NCBI RefSeq assembly: GCF_029360765.1
Contig: NZ_JARKNA010000002.1
Span: 275,334 to 307,333 of the forward strand
Reading direction: 5' to 3'
From: Terrimonas pollutisoli
Lineage (GTDB): Bacteria > Bacteroidota > Bacteroidia > Chitinophagales > Chitinophagaceae
Length of the DNA stretch: 32,000 bases
Made by a program: the position numbers and the translations under genes. The notes beneath the pieces were generated by a model. It worked only from the letters and a program-made list of their open reading frames with translations, searched no databases and had not been told where the DNA came from. Shown piece after piece: positions 23,487 to 32,000 of the stretch. Every line of letters begins with the position of its first letter. Position 1 is the first letter of the stretch.

Positions 23487-25388
23487 ATGAAGAACGCATT
23501 AGACTTGGTTTATTTAATTCCGCTGTTGCCACTGATCGGTTTTTTGATCAATGGTCTTGGCCGAAAGCATTTGTCAAAAGGACTGATCGGTATTATCGGA
23601 AGTGGTACTGTATTCGTTTCATTTCTCATCAGTGTATGGGTATTCATGCAGGTAAAGGGAGGCAATACACATGTGGCCAATTATTTCACCTTTATCGCTG
23701 TTGACAAACTAAGCATTCCCTTTGCGTTTCAAATTGACCAGCTTTCTTCTATATTCCTGCTCATCATTACCGGCGTTGGATTTTTGATCCATCTCTATTC
23801 CACTTCGTATATGCATGAGGAAAAGACAGAACACTTCGGCAGGTACTTTTCTTATCTCAACCTGTTTGTCTTTTCGATGTTGCTGCTGGTGATGGGCGCC
23901 AACTATGTGATCATGTTTATCGGTTGGGAAGGGGTTGGATTGTGTTCCTATTTGCTGATTGGTTACTGGTTCAGGAATACAGAATACAACAAGGCAGCAA
24001 ACAAGGCCTTTATCATGAACCGGATTGGTGACCTGGCTTTCCTGATCGCTATTTTCTGGTTGATCAGCAAATTGGGTTCTGTTTCTTACGGTGACGTTTT
24101 TGCTAATGTAAAGAACCTGAGTGGAACCGATCTTACAACTATTACCATTTTATTATTTATCGGTGCCACCGGTAAAAGTGCACAAATTCCTTTATACACA
24201 TGGCTGCCTGATGCGATGGCCGGTCCCACACCTGTTTCTGCGCTCATCCATGCTGCTACCATGGTTACGGCGGGCATTTATATGATCGCCAGGAGCAATA
24301 TTTTATACTCATTGTCACCGGTAACCATGACCATCGTGACAATTATTGGATTAGCTACTGCACTGGTTGCCGCTACGATTGCTCTTAAGCAGAATGATAT
24401 CAAAAAAGTATTGGCTTATTCTACGGTAAGCCAGTTGGGATATATGTTTCTCGCCCTGGGAACAGGCTCTTATGTTGCCGCCGTTTTTCACGTGATGACA
24501 CATGCTTTTTTCAAAGCGTTGTTATTCCTCGGAAGCGGTAGTGTGATTCATGCCATGGGCGGCGAACAGGATATCCGCAAAATGGGTGGCTTAAGCAAAT
24601 ACATGAAAACAACCCACTGGACTTTTTTAGTTGGTTGTTTGGCAATTGCCGGTATTCCGGGTCTTTCAGGCTTCTTTTCAAAGGATGAAATATTGGCCGG
24701 TGCATTTGCAAAATCCCCAATTATCTATGCGATAGGTTTAGGGACGGCTTTGCTTACGGCTTTTTATATGTTCAGGTTGTATGCAACAACATTCAAAGGA
24801 AGCTTCCGCGGTACACACGACCAGGAGCATCATTTGCATGAAAGCCCTGCCGCCATTACAATCCCGCTGGTTATACTGGCCATTCTTTCTATCATTGGTG
24901 GCTATGTAGGTGTGCCTGAGTTTATCATGCATGGAGCACACTCCTTAAAAGAATTTTTAGCGCCGGTGTTTGACGGATCCAATAAAATTTTAGAGGCCCA
25001 TGAAGTTTCGCATGCTACGGAATGGATGCTGACCGGGGTATCAACCACACTGATTGTTATCACCATTCTATTTGCCTGGAACAAATTCAGCAAAAAACCA
25101 GATATCGAAGATGCAACAGGATTTGGAAAAGTGTTGGCGGATAAATGGTATGTGGATGAATTGTATGAAAAGGTAATTGTGAACCCGCTTGATAAGCTGG
25201 CCTTGTTTTTCAAAAATATTTTTGAAAAAAATGTCGTGGACGGAATTGTAAACGGAGTGGGGAGGGCTGTGAATTATGGGAGTCGTCAATTGAGGTTGCT
25301 GCAAAGCGGACAGGTGGGTAGCTATGTGTTGTTGATGGTATTGGGCATGGTATTGTTTTTTGTATTTCAATTTTTCCTGAGAAAGTAA
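23487..25388 (+). CDS. nuoL: NADH-quinone oxidoreductase subunit L
   Basis: It is a 633-aa antiporter-like subunit with WEGVGLCSYLLIGYW and SALIHAATMVTAG, plus a C-terminal lateral helix region. Confidence 0.95.
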   Translation: MKNALDLVYLIPLLPLIGFLINGLGRKHLSKGLIGIIGSGTVFVSFLISVWVFMQVKGGNTHVANYFTFIAVDKLSIPFAFQIDQLSSIFLLIITGVGFLIHLYSTSYMHEEKTEHFGRYFSYLNLFVFSMLLLVMGANYVIMFIGWEGVGLCSYLLIGYWFRNTEYNKAANKAFIMNRIGDLAFLIAIFWLISKLGSVSYGDVFANVKNLSGTDLTTITILLFIGATGKSAQIPLYTWLPDAMAGPTPVSALIHAATMVTAGIYMIARSNILYSLSPVTMTIVTIIGLATALVAATIALKQNDIKKVLAYSTVSQLGYMFLALGTGSYVAAVFHVMTHAFFKALLFLGSGSVIHAMGGEQDIRKMGGLSKYMKTTHWTFLVGCLAIAGIPGLSGFFSKDEILAGAFAKSPIIYAIGLGTALLTAFYMFRLYATTFKGSFRGTHDQEHHLHESPAAITIPLVILAILSIIGGYVGVPEFIMHGAHSLKEFLAPVFDGSNKILEAHEVSHATEWMLTGVSTTLIVITILFAWNKFSKKPDIEDATGFGKVLADKWYVDELYEKVIVNPLDKLALFFKNIFEKNVVDGIVNGVGRAVNYGSRQLRLLQSGQVGSYVLLMVLGMVLFFVFQFFLRK

Positions 25389-25469
25389 GCTAAGAGATCA
25401 AGGAGAAAAAGAGACAATTCAGGACGTGTCGAAAGGCGACGGTATTTTTAATAATTAAAATTTTAAATT

Positions 25470-25491
25470 CCCCTTTAGGGGATAGGGGCTT
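25470..25491 (+). repeat. Solo hairpin/G-tail copy immediately upstream of nuoM
   Basis: CCCC-TTTA-GGGG (25470-25481), followed by ATAGGGG-CTT-ATG. Confidence 0.65.
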
Positions 25492-26973
25492 ATGATCGCA
25501 GTTTTATTAATAGTAATTCCATTACTGACCGGGCTGGCTGCATTCCTGATAAAGAATGAAAAAGCGGTGCGGTCATGGGCTTTGTTTTCATCGATTGTTA
25601 CGCTGATCGTTTCATTGGTTGGACTAACAATACTGAAAGAAGCAAAATGGCTGGAACACCAGTCCGCATTCATGTCAACACTGGGAAGCAGTTTTTCTGT
25701 CAAGCTGGATGGCATGGGTCAGTTGCTTTGCCTGCTAAATACGATTGCCTTTCCGCTTATTTTTATTTCTACCTGGAACTCTGCTTATAAAAAACCGAAC
25801 AGTTTTTTTGCCCTGATGCTGTTGTCACAAGCAGGTATGATGGGAGTGTTCCTGGCAATGGATGCTTTGTTGTTTTATTTCTTCTGGGAGTTGGCGCTGA
25901 TACCGGTGTATTTTCTGTGTTCGCAATGGGGAGGCGAAAAAAGGATTGCCGTTACGTTTAAATTTTTCATCTATACATTCGTTGGTTCGCTGCTGATGCT
26001 GGTTGGTATTTTATTTATTTATGCCAAAACACCTGACCATTCTTTCGCAATTCAATCTTTTTATACCACCGGGGCAAGTTTGACCAACAAGGATCAAACC
26101 TGGTTGTTCTGGTTATTCTTTATTGCCTTTGCGGTAAAGATGCCCATCTTTCCTTTTCATACCTGGCAGCCTGATACCTATGAGCAATCGCCTACGGCAA
26201 CTACGATGGTATTAAGTGGTGTCATGGTTAAGATGGGCGTACTGGGGGTGATTCGATGGTTATTACCCGTACTTCCGATTGCTTCTTATTCATTAGGAGA
26301 TAGGGTTTCATGGTTGGCAGTTATTGGAATGATTTACGCTTCATTGATAGCCATAAAACAAGATGATATTAAAAGATTGGTGGCCTACTCTTCCATTGCT
26401 CACATCGGATTAATGTGCGTGGCTATTTTTTCTGAAAATAAATTAGCTATGCAAGGGGTGATGATACAAATGTTCAACCATGGTATCAATATCATTGGAT
26501 TGTGGATAGTGGTAGAACTAATCGAGAGACAATTCGGCACAAGAAAACTTTCAGAACTGGGAGGGCTCGCTCAAAAAGCCCCGTCGATGGCCATTTTATT
26601 TGTGATCATCGCATTGGCCAATATCGCTTTGCCATTAACTAATGCCTTTATTGGTGAATTCCTGATGTTCAGCGGAATTTTTGGATCCCAGGTCACAAAG
26701 CTTAATGTCTGGTTTACAGTATTGGCAGGAATCTGTATTATACTGGCTGCTATTTATACGCTGAACCTGGTTCGAAAAATATTTTATGGTGATGCGGTGG
26801 CAAGAGTTGCCAATGCGCAGGATGTTCGGCTTAATGAAAAGCTTGCATTGGGGGCCATCGTAATATTGATTTTTTGGATGGGCGTATATCCACAATCGGT
26901 TTTGAATATCACAAACGAGATCTCAGATAGTATTTTAAAAATATCAGATGTTCGTCATCTGCTAACGAAGTAA
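25492..26973 (+). CDS. nuoM: NADH-quinone oxidoreductase subunit M
   Basis: It is a 493-aa antiporter-like subunit with FFWELALIPVYF and HTWQPDTYEQSPTATTMVLSGVMVKMG. Confidence 0.95.
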   Translation: MIAVLLIVIPLLTGLAAFLIKNEKAVRSWALFSSIVTLIVSLVGLTILKEAKWLEHQSAFMSTLGSSFSVKLDGMGQLLCLLNTIAFPLIFISTWNSAYKKPNSFFALMLLSQAGMMGVFLAMDALLFYFFWELALIPVYFLCSQWGGEKRIAVTFKFFIYTFVGSLLMLVGILFIYAKTPDHSFAIQSFYTTGASLTNKDQTWLFWLFFIAFAVKMPIFPFHTWQPDTYEQSPTATTMVLSGVMVKMGVLGVIRWLLPVLPIASYSLGDRVSWLAVIGMIYASLIAIKQDDIKRLVAYSSIAHIGLMCVAIFSENKLAMQGVMIQMFNHGINIIGLWIVVELIERQFGTRKLSELGGLAQKAPSMAILFVIIALANIALPLTNAFIGEFLMFSGIFGSQVTKLNVWFTVLAGICIILAAIYTLNLVRKIFYGDAVARVANAQDVRLNEKLALGAIVILIFWMGVYPQSVLNITNEISDSILKISDVRHLLTK

Positions 26974-26979
26974 GAAGAT

Positions 26980-28350
26980 ATGAACGCTTTAATATTGTCG
27001 GCAATTTTTGGAGTTATCATGATGTTCAGCGGTGTTTTTCTGAAAATGAAAAACACAGTGCGGATGGTTGCAATTTTAGGAATAGCATTATTAGTGGTTT
27101 CGAATATCCTGGAGATGAACGGCATTTTATTCTTTAAGGTGAATACAGCAGGTATGATGCATTTTGACAGGTTTGCATTGCTGTTTAACTCCATTGCGTT
27201 TATTTCGGCACTGGTCTATTTTATCTTATCAGCAAAAGATATTGAAAAGGTCGGTGTTCATTATGCCGAGTATTTTGCGCTTACCTTTTTTATACTAAGT
27301 GGTATTGTACTGACTACTTCGTTCAAATCATTGCTAATACTTTTCCTGGGAATTGAAATTATTTCGATCCCGTTATATATTCTCACCGGAAGTGATAAGA
27401 AGAATTTAAAAAGCAATGAAGCATCATTGAAATATTTCCTGATGGGTTCCTTTTCAACAGGATTGATGTTGATGGGAATTACGCTTATCTATGGAGCCAC
27501 AGGCACATTTACTGTGGATCAAATGAAGTTTGTCGTTGACAAGCCTTCCTTACTACCGGTGGCCGGTATGTTGTTGCTCATTTTTTCTATGGCCTTTAAA
27601 GTATCTGCGGCGCCGTTTCATTTCTGGACACCGGATGTATATGATGGTGCCCCAACTGTGTTTACCTCTTTCATGGCTACGATCGTAAAGGCCGCCGTGT
27701 TTATTGGTTTCATCCGGTTGTTCGATGAAACGTTTGGAAGTTTTCATGCGCAATGGCAGTTGTGGATTGCGATCATAACTGTTGCTACTTTATTTATCGG
27801 AAACATCACCGCTGTATTTCAGCAAAGCGTAAAAAGAATGCTGGCTTATTCAAGCATCGCCCAGGCTGGCTTTATGCTGATGGCCTTGTATGCAATGAAC
27901 ACCGATGCAAAAGAGGGAATTCTATTATACGCTGCAGCATATTGCCTGGCCACCATCGGCATTTTTTCCGTGTTAGCAAAAATGAGCGACTATAGTTTTG
28001 AAGGTTTCAATGGCCTGGCAAAACAACAACCACTCGTAGCGGCAGTTACAACGATCTTATTTTTATCACTGGCTGGTATTCCGCTTACAGCAGGGTTCCT
28101 GGCAAAATTCTATATGCTGAAGGCAGCATTAGGCAATGGTAATCATGTTTGGCTGGTGATCTTTGCCGTGTTGATGGCTGCGGTGAGTGCTTACTATTAT
28201 TTCCGCGTCATACAGGCTATGTACTTTAAGGAGGGCCAGGCCACTATACAGGCATCCCCGGCGTTTAAATGGTCTTTGGCAGGATTAGCAGCTGTTATTA
28301 TTATCCTGGGCATATTCCCCAACGTATTGCTTTACTGGTACTATTTTTAG
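26980..28350 (+). CDS. nuoN: NADH-quinone oxidoreductase subunit N
   Basis: It is a 456-aa antiporter-like subunit with FKVSAAPFHFWTPDVYDGAPT and is the last gene of the cluster. Confidence 0.93.
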   Translation: MNALILSAIFGVIMMFSGVFLKMKNTVRMVAILGIALLVVSNILEMNGILFFKVNTAGMMHFDRFALLFNSIAFISALVYFILSAKDIEKVGVHYAEYFALTFFILSGIVLTTSFKSLLILFLGIEIISIPLYILTGSDKKNLKSNEASLKYFLMGSFSTGLMLMGITLIYGATGTFTVDQMKFVVDKPSLLPVAGMLLLIFSMAFKVSAAPFHFWTPDVYDGAPTVFTSFMATIVKAAVFIGFIRLFDETFGSFHAQWQLWIAIITVATLFIGNITAVFQQSVKRMLAYSSIAQAGFMLMALYAMNTDAKEGILLYAAAYCLATIGIFSVLAKMSDYSFEGFNGLAKQQPLVAAVTTILFLSLAGIPLTAGFLAKFYMLKAALGNGNHVWLVIFAVLMAAVSAYYYFRVIQAMYFKEGQATIQASPAFKWSLAGLAAVIIILGIFPNVLLYWYYF

Positions 28351-28444
28351 GTTGGCTGTAGATAGCAGGAGAGCTGGATTCCGCTGGTAAATACTTTCTT
28401 CCCGTATCCGCTTGCTTTCTGTAATTTCGGGTTAAGTATCGAGT

Positions 28445-29725
28445 ATGAATTTCCGCGATGTTTTCTCGCTGGCGTTTCGCACGGTTCGCAGCAATAAATT
28501 GCGCACAGGATTAACTGTTGCCATCATTGCATTTGGCATTATGGCCCTCGTTGGCATTATAACGGCTATCAAGGCGATGAACCAAAAGTTTTCTGAAAGC
28601 TTTTCTTCTATGGGAGCTAATGCATTTACGATTCGGTTCAAAGAAAGAAATATTCATTTTGGCGGTGGTGGAAATAACAATGATGTCAAGCTTTCAAAAA
28701 AATCAAATAAGAAAGAGAAGAAATCTAACCTTGGAAAAAAGATTACAAAAGATGAAGCCGAGCTTTTTGTAAAAGCCTTTCATTATCCTTCAATCACCAG
28801 CATCTCCATTTTTGGCAATAGAAATTCCATTGTTACAAAAGAGGAGAGAAAAACAAGCCCCAATGTTACGTTATTCGGCGGTGATGAAAATTATTTACTA
28901 TTGAATGGCCTGACCATTTCCGAAGGAAGAAATATTAATAAGGCCGAAGTGCAATCGGCAAGCAACGTTTGCATATTGGGAAATGATCTGGCGAAAAACC
29001 TTTTCAAAGAAAGTTTAGGCATGGCCATTAATTCAACTGTACGCATCAATAATATTCCATTCCGGGTTATTGGTGTGATGGCCAGCAGGGGGTCTACTTT
29101 TGGGTTTAGCCGTGACAATATGGTTGTCATAAGTTACACCAGTGCACACCGAAACTTTCCCTCTGACAATTCTTACGTAGTAGCTGTTTTGACGCAGGAT
29201 ATTTTGCAGGTGAACGAAGCTATGGGTGAAGCAGAAGCAGCATTTCGTCCTATAAGAAAATTGACAACAACAGAAGAAAGCAATTTTGTGCTGGACAAAA
29301 GTGACAGTGTCGCTGAAAAAGCAATGAACAGTCTTGGCTTTCTTACTATATCTGCAACGGTAATTGGACTGATCACGTTGATAGGCGCTGCTATTGGTCT
29401 TATGAATATCATGCTGGTGTCGGTATCAGAGCGTACAAAGGAAGTAGGACTGGTTAAGGCAATTGGCGGTAAGAGCAAAATGGTGAGACGGCAATTTTTA
29501 TTAGAAGCGATGATCATCAGTGTGCTTGGCGCAATCTTTGGAATCGTTCTTGGAATTTTAGTTGGAAATATTTTCTCCATTGTATTAAGTACAGGCTTTG
29601 TTGTTCCCTGGAATTGGGTTGCATACGGCATCGTAATCTGCAGCATTGTCGGGCTGCTTGCTGGTCTGTATCCGGCACTAAAGGCCGGAAGATTAAACCC
29701 TATAGAAGCATTGCGCTACGAATAA
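28445..29725 (+). CDS. ABC transporter permease, MacB/FtsX family (no adjacent ATPase)
   Basis: The N-terminus is MacB-type (FRTVRSNKLRTGLTVAIIAFGIMALV). A periplasmic core domain follows. The C-terminal FtsX domain has ERTKEVGLVKAIGGK and ends RLNPIEALRYE. Confidence 0.85.
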   Translation: MNFRDVFSLAFRTVRSNKLRTGLTVAIIAFGIMALVGIITAIKAMNQKFSESFSSMGANAFTIRFKERNIHFGGGGNNNDVKLSKKSNKKEKKSNLGKKITKDEAELFVKAFHYPSITSISIFGNRNSIVTKEERKTSPNVTLFGGDENYLLLNGLTISEGRNINKAEVQSASNVCILGNDLAKNLFKESLGMAINSTVRINNIPFRVIGVMASRGSTFGFSRDNMVVISYTSAHRNFPSDNSYVVAVLTQDILQVNEAMGEAEAAFRPIRKLTTTEESNFVLDKSDSVAEKAMNSLGFLTISATVIGLITLIGAAIGLMNIMLVSVSERTKEVGLVKAIGGKSKMVRRQFLLEAMIISVLGAIFGIVLGILVGNIFSIVLSTGFVVPWNWVAYGIVICSIVGLLAGLYPALKAGRLNPIEALRYE

Positions 29726-29907
29726 TTAATATTATTTGTTATCAAATTATTTGTCAGGGAGTTGGTGCTTTTAAAAAAATCCTTAACTTGAAGCCCTCTG
29801 TGATAAAAAAACAATCACGGGAAGATTTTTGTATAAACTTTTTCATTAGAATTGTAGCCTCAAAATAAGGCTCATTAACATTTAAAAAAACACTAAAAAT
29901 TAAGATC

Positions 29908-30768
29908 ATGGCTGAGACTAAACCAACTGCATCCGCAACAGTTAAGGCTACTTCTGTGCAAGCAAAGAAAAGCAGTAACGCCATTTCGTGGATTGCTCCC
30001 GTAGTATGTATTATTGCCGGTTATGCAATCTGGCGTTTTATTTTAGGAGCTGACTCTGGTTTTGAAGCTCCTGATAAGGCAGGTGGCTTTTGGCCTGAGC
30101 ACAAAGAACCTAAGGATGCATTACACAGGATTTATGAAGGTGGTATCATTGTACCCTTACTGATTGGTATGTTGCTAATGGTGATTGTATTTTCTATTGA
30201 AAGATTTTTGACTATTCGTAAAGCCATGGGTAATGGTTCTATTTCTGACTTTATCCGTAAGGTTCAGTATCACCTGGCTAATCGTAATGTAGATGCAGCG
30301 CTGTCTGAGTGCGACAAACAACGCGGATCAGTTGCCAATGTAATGAAAGCGGGTCTTCGCCGTTACAAAGAAATGATCAACGAAGGCGGACTGGATACGG
30401 ATCAAAAAGTAATTGCAATCCAAAAGGAAGTAGAAGAAGCTACCGCACTGGAACTGCCGATGCTTTCAAAAAATCTTGTATTCCTGTCAACGATTGTATC
30501 CTGCGGTACCCTGATCGCCTTATTAGGTACGGTAATCGGTATGATCAAATCTTTCTCTGCCCTTGGTAAAGAAGGTGGCGCAGGCGCAGCCGGTGAGCTG
30601 GCGGTTGGTATTTCTGAGGCCTTGTATAATACAGCCCTGGGTATCGGTACTTCAGCCTTTTCGCTGATCATGTATAACGTGTTTACTACTAAGATTGACT
30701 CTATTACATATGGCATTGATGAATCAGGTTTTACCCTGACACAAAGTTTTGCTTCACTGTACAAATAA
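29908..30768 (+). CDS. exbB: MotA/TolQ/ExbB proton-channel family protein
   Basis: It has three TM segments. The conserved C-terminal region is GLLGTVIGMIKSF...ISEALYNTALGIGTSAFSLIMYNVF. Two ExbD-type genes follow it. Confidence 0.85.
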   Translation: MAETKPTASATVKATSVQAKKSSNAISWIAPVVCIIAGYAIWRFILGADSGFEAPDKAGGFWPEHKEPKDALHRIYEGGIIVPLLIGMLLMVIVFSIERFLTIRKAMGNGSISDFIRKVQYHLANRNVDAALSECDKQRGSVANVMKAGLRRYKEMINEGGLDTDQKVIAIQKEVEEATALELPMLSKNLVFLSTIVSCGTLIALLGTVIGMIKSFSALGKEGGAGAAGELAVGISEALYNTALGIGTSAFSLIMYNVFTTKIDSITYGIDESGFTLTQSFASLYK

Positions 30769-30841
30769 GATTGTCAGTAAGTGGATGACTTCGTATGGAA
30801 ATTTGATTCCAATTCATCTTATTATTAATAAATTTTTCAAA

Positions 30842-31513
30842 ATGCCAAGTGTAAATATTGCAAAGAAGAATACGGATACCGATATGACACCCTTTGTGGA
30901 TATCGCATTTCTGATCCTTTCTTTTTTCATCATGGCTACCAAGTTTAAACCACCTGAGCCTGTTGAAATTACGACCCCTAATTCGGTTTCGGCTGGTAAA
31001 CTGCCCGCAAATGATGCGGTAATGGTTACAGTAGATCCGGAAAACAAGGTTTTCTTTTCTGTGTTGTCCGAAAAAAATGTAGGAGTTTTTGATAAAATAA
31101 TACAGGAGCTGAATACAACGAATAATCTCGGATTATCGCCTGCTGAAATGGCCAATTTTAGAAAGACACCTGCTATTGGAGTTCCTTTTTCAAAATTGAA
31201 GTCTTTGTTAGCAATTCCTGCGGATCAACAGAAAGGTATTAAACAAGACGGTATTCCTGTTTTGGATTCAGCCACCAATGAACTGGTAAGATGGGTTGCC
31301 GCATCAAAAAATGCTTTTGCTGGTCAGAAATTGACATTCCTGATCAAAGGCGATGCGAAATCCAAATACCCCACGTTTGAAGCGGTAGTAAGTGCCTTGA
31401 AACGGAATGATGAACATAAATACAATCTTGTTACATCACCTGAAGATGCTCCGGCCAACTCCGAATTAGGAATGCAGCGCAGGAAAGAAGGCGGCGGCGG
31501 AGAAAAGAAATAA
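30842..31513 (+). CDS. exbD: Biopolymer transporter ExbD/TolR family
   Basis: The ATG at 30842 gives ...DTDMTPFVDIAFLILSFFIMATKF, the ExbD TM signature. The longer ORF start at 30749 would overlap exbB. Confidence 0.8.
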   Translation: MPSVNIAKKNTDTDMTPFVDIAFLILSFFIMATKFKPPEPVEITTPNSVSAGKLPANDAVMVTVDPENKVFFSVLSEKNVGVFDKIIQELNTTNNLGLSPAEMANFRKTPAIGVPFSKLKSLLAIPADQQKGIKQDGIPVLDSATNELVRWVAASKNAFAGQKLTFLIKGDAKSKYPTFEAVVSALKRNDEHKYNLVTSPEDAPANSELGMQRRKEGGGGEKK

Positions 31514-31541
31514 ATTATCAATTAATTAAAAATCATCTGTT

Positions 31542-32000
31542 ATGGCAAGTTTAGATACTGGTGATGGCGGTGGCGGCCACAAGAAAGGCCCGGGTGTAAA
31601 GAAAGCGAAAAAGCTATCTACCCGTGTAGACATGACTCCCATGGTGGACCTTGGTTTTCTTTTGATCACGTTCTTCATCTTTACGGCAACAATGAATGAG
31701 CCCACAACAATGGACCTCAACATGCCTAAGGATACGGATAAAGATGAGGAAGTAACAAAAGCAAAACAATCAGGCGCTCTGACCATTATGCTTGGAGCCA
31801 AAGACCAGGTATATTACTACGAGGGAGAATTAGCACCTGATGGCAGCAATTTTAAGCAAACTACTTTTAAAGGTATTCGTGATATCATTATCAACAAAAA
31901 GAAATCGGTGATCGCCAGTTACCGTGGAAATGCAGCCTGTGAAGAAAAGGCAAAATCGAAAGGCAAAGATCCTAAGGCTGAATGTGCTGACGAAGACTTT
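31542..32000 (+). CDS. exbD: Second ExbD/TolR family protein, 3' end truncated by the window
   Basis: My own translation from the ATG at 31542 is MASLDTGDGGGGHKKGPGVKKAKKLSTRVDMTPMVDLGFLLITFFIFTATM... The frame stays open to position 32000 (153 codons). Confidence 0.8.
   Translation, partial: MASLDTGDGGGGHKKGPGVKKAKKLSTRVDMTPMVDLGFLLITFFIFTATMNEPTTMDLNMPKDTDKDEEVTKAKQSGALTIMLGAKDQVYYYEGELAPDGSNFKQTTFKGIRDIIINKKKSVIASYRGNAACEEKAKSKGKDPKAECADEDF

Noticed and set aside
23480-23704. A 74-aa ORF overlaps the start of nuoL in another frame.
   Set aside because: It lies entirely within the nuoL coding region, which has clear antiporter-like homology. Its Arg/Cys-rich odd composition marks it as spurious.
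13444-25491. The repeated hairpins might be a degenerate CRISPR array.
   Set aside because: The repeats are not identical and not regularly spaced. They are separated by full-length genes rather than 30-40-nt spacers. There are no cas genes in the window.

Overview
This is a Bacteroidota-type chromosomal segment. It is AT-rich (about 40% GC by eye) and has TAnnTTTG-like promoter boxes; the taxon is inference only.

**Core content.** A complete 14-cistron NADH:quinone oxidoreductase operon, nuoA-N, lies on the + strand (12352-28350).
- Upstream, + strand after a partial rlmN (-): a thiolase, a small secreted protein and a DinB-family protein.
- Upstream, minus strand: LMW phosphotyrosine phosphatase, hisS, a large lipoprotein, an ABC ATPase and an FtsX-type permease.
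- Upstream, + strand: a small membrane protein, a PstS-like lipoprotein and a TPR protein.
- Downstream: an orphan MacB/FtsX-type permease and exbB-exbD-exbD, the last cut by the window end.
- I saw no rRNA, tRNA, CRISPR array, transposase or integrase.

**What is not ordinary.**
1. The nuo operon carries cargo. A three-gene insert (NlpE-like, PhnB/VOC-like, SnoaL-like) sits between nuoE and nuoF. A GxxExxY / PD-(D/E)XK-like ORF sits between nuoF and nuoG, bracketed by inverted arrays of four 8-mers with a perfect 12-bp terminal inverted repeat.
2. Almost every long intercistronic spacer is filled with repeats:
   - About 12 copies of a hairpin (C-rich 5' arm, G-rich 3' arm) followed by a GA(T/C)TT(A)G..GGGG-like tail. 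Stem sequences differ between copies but stay complementary, and several copies end 2-5 nt before the next ATG.
   - A ~190-bp composite element present twice in opposite orientation (4441-4630 and 21459-21646).
   - Tandem 7-8-mer arrays of the form NNYRAAG. One forms a 27-bp imperfect hairpin between nuoK and nuoL that looks like a cargo-less version of the GxxExxY cassette.

All functional readings of these repeats are inference. Only the sequence patterns are observed.
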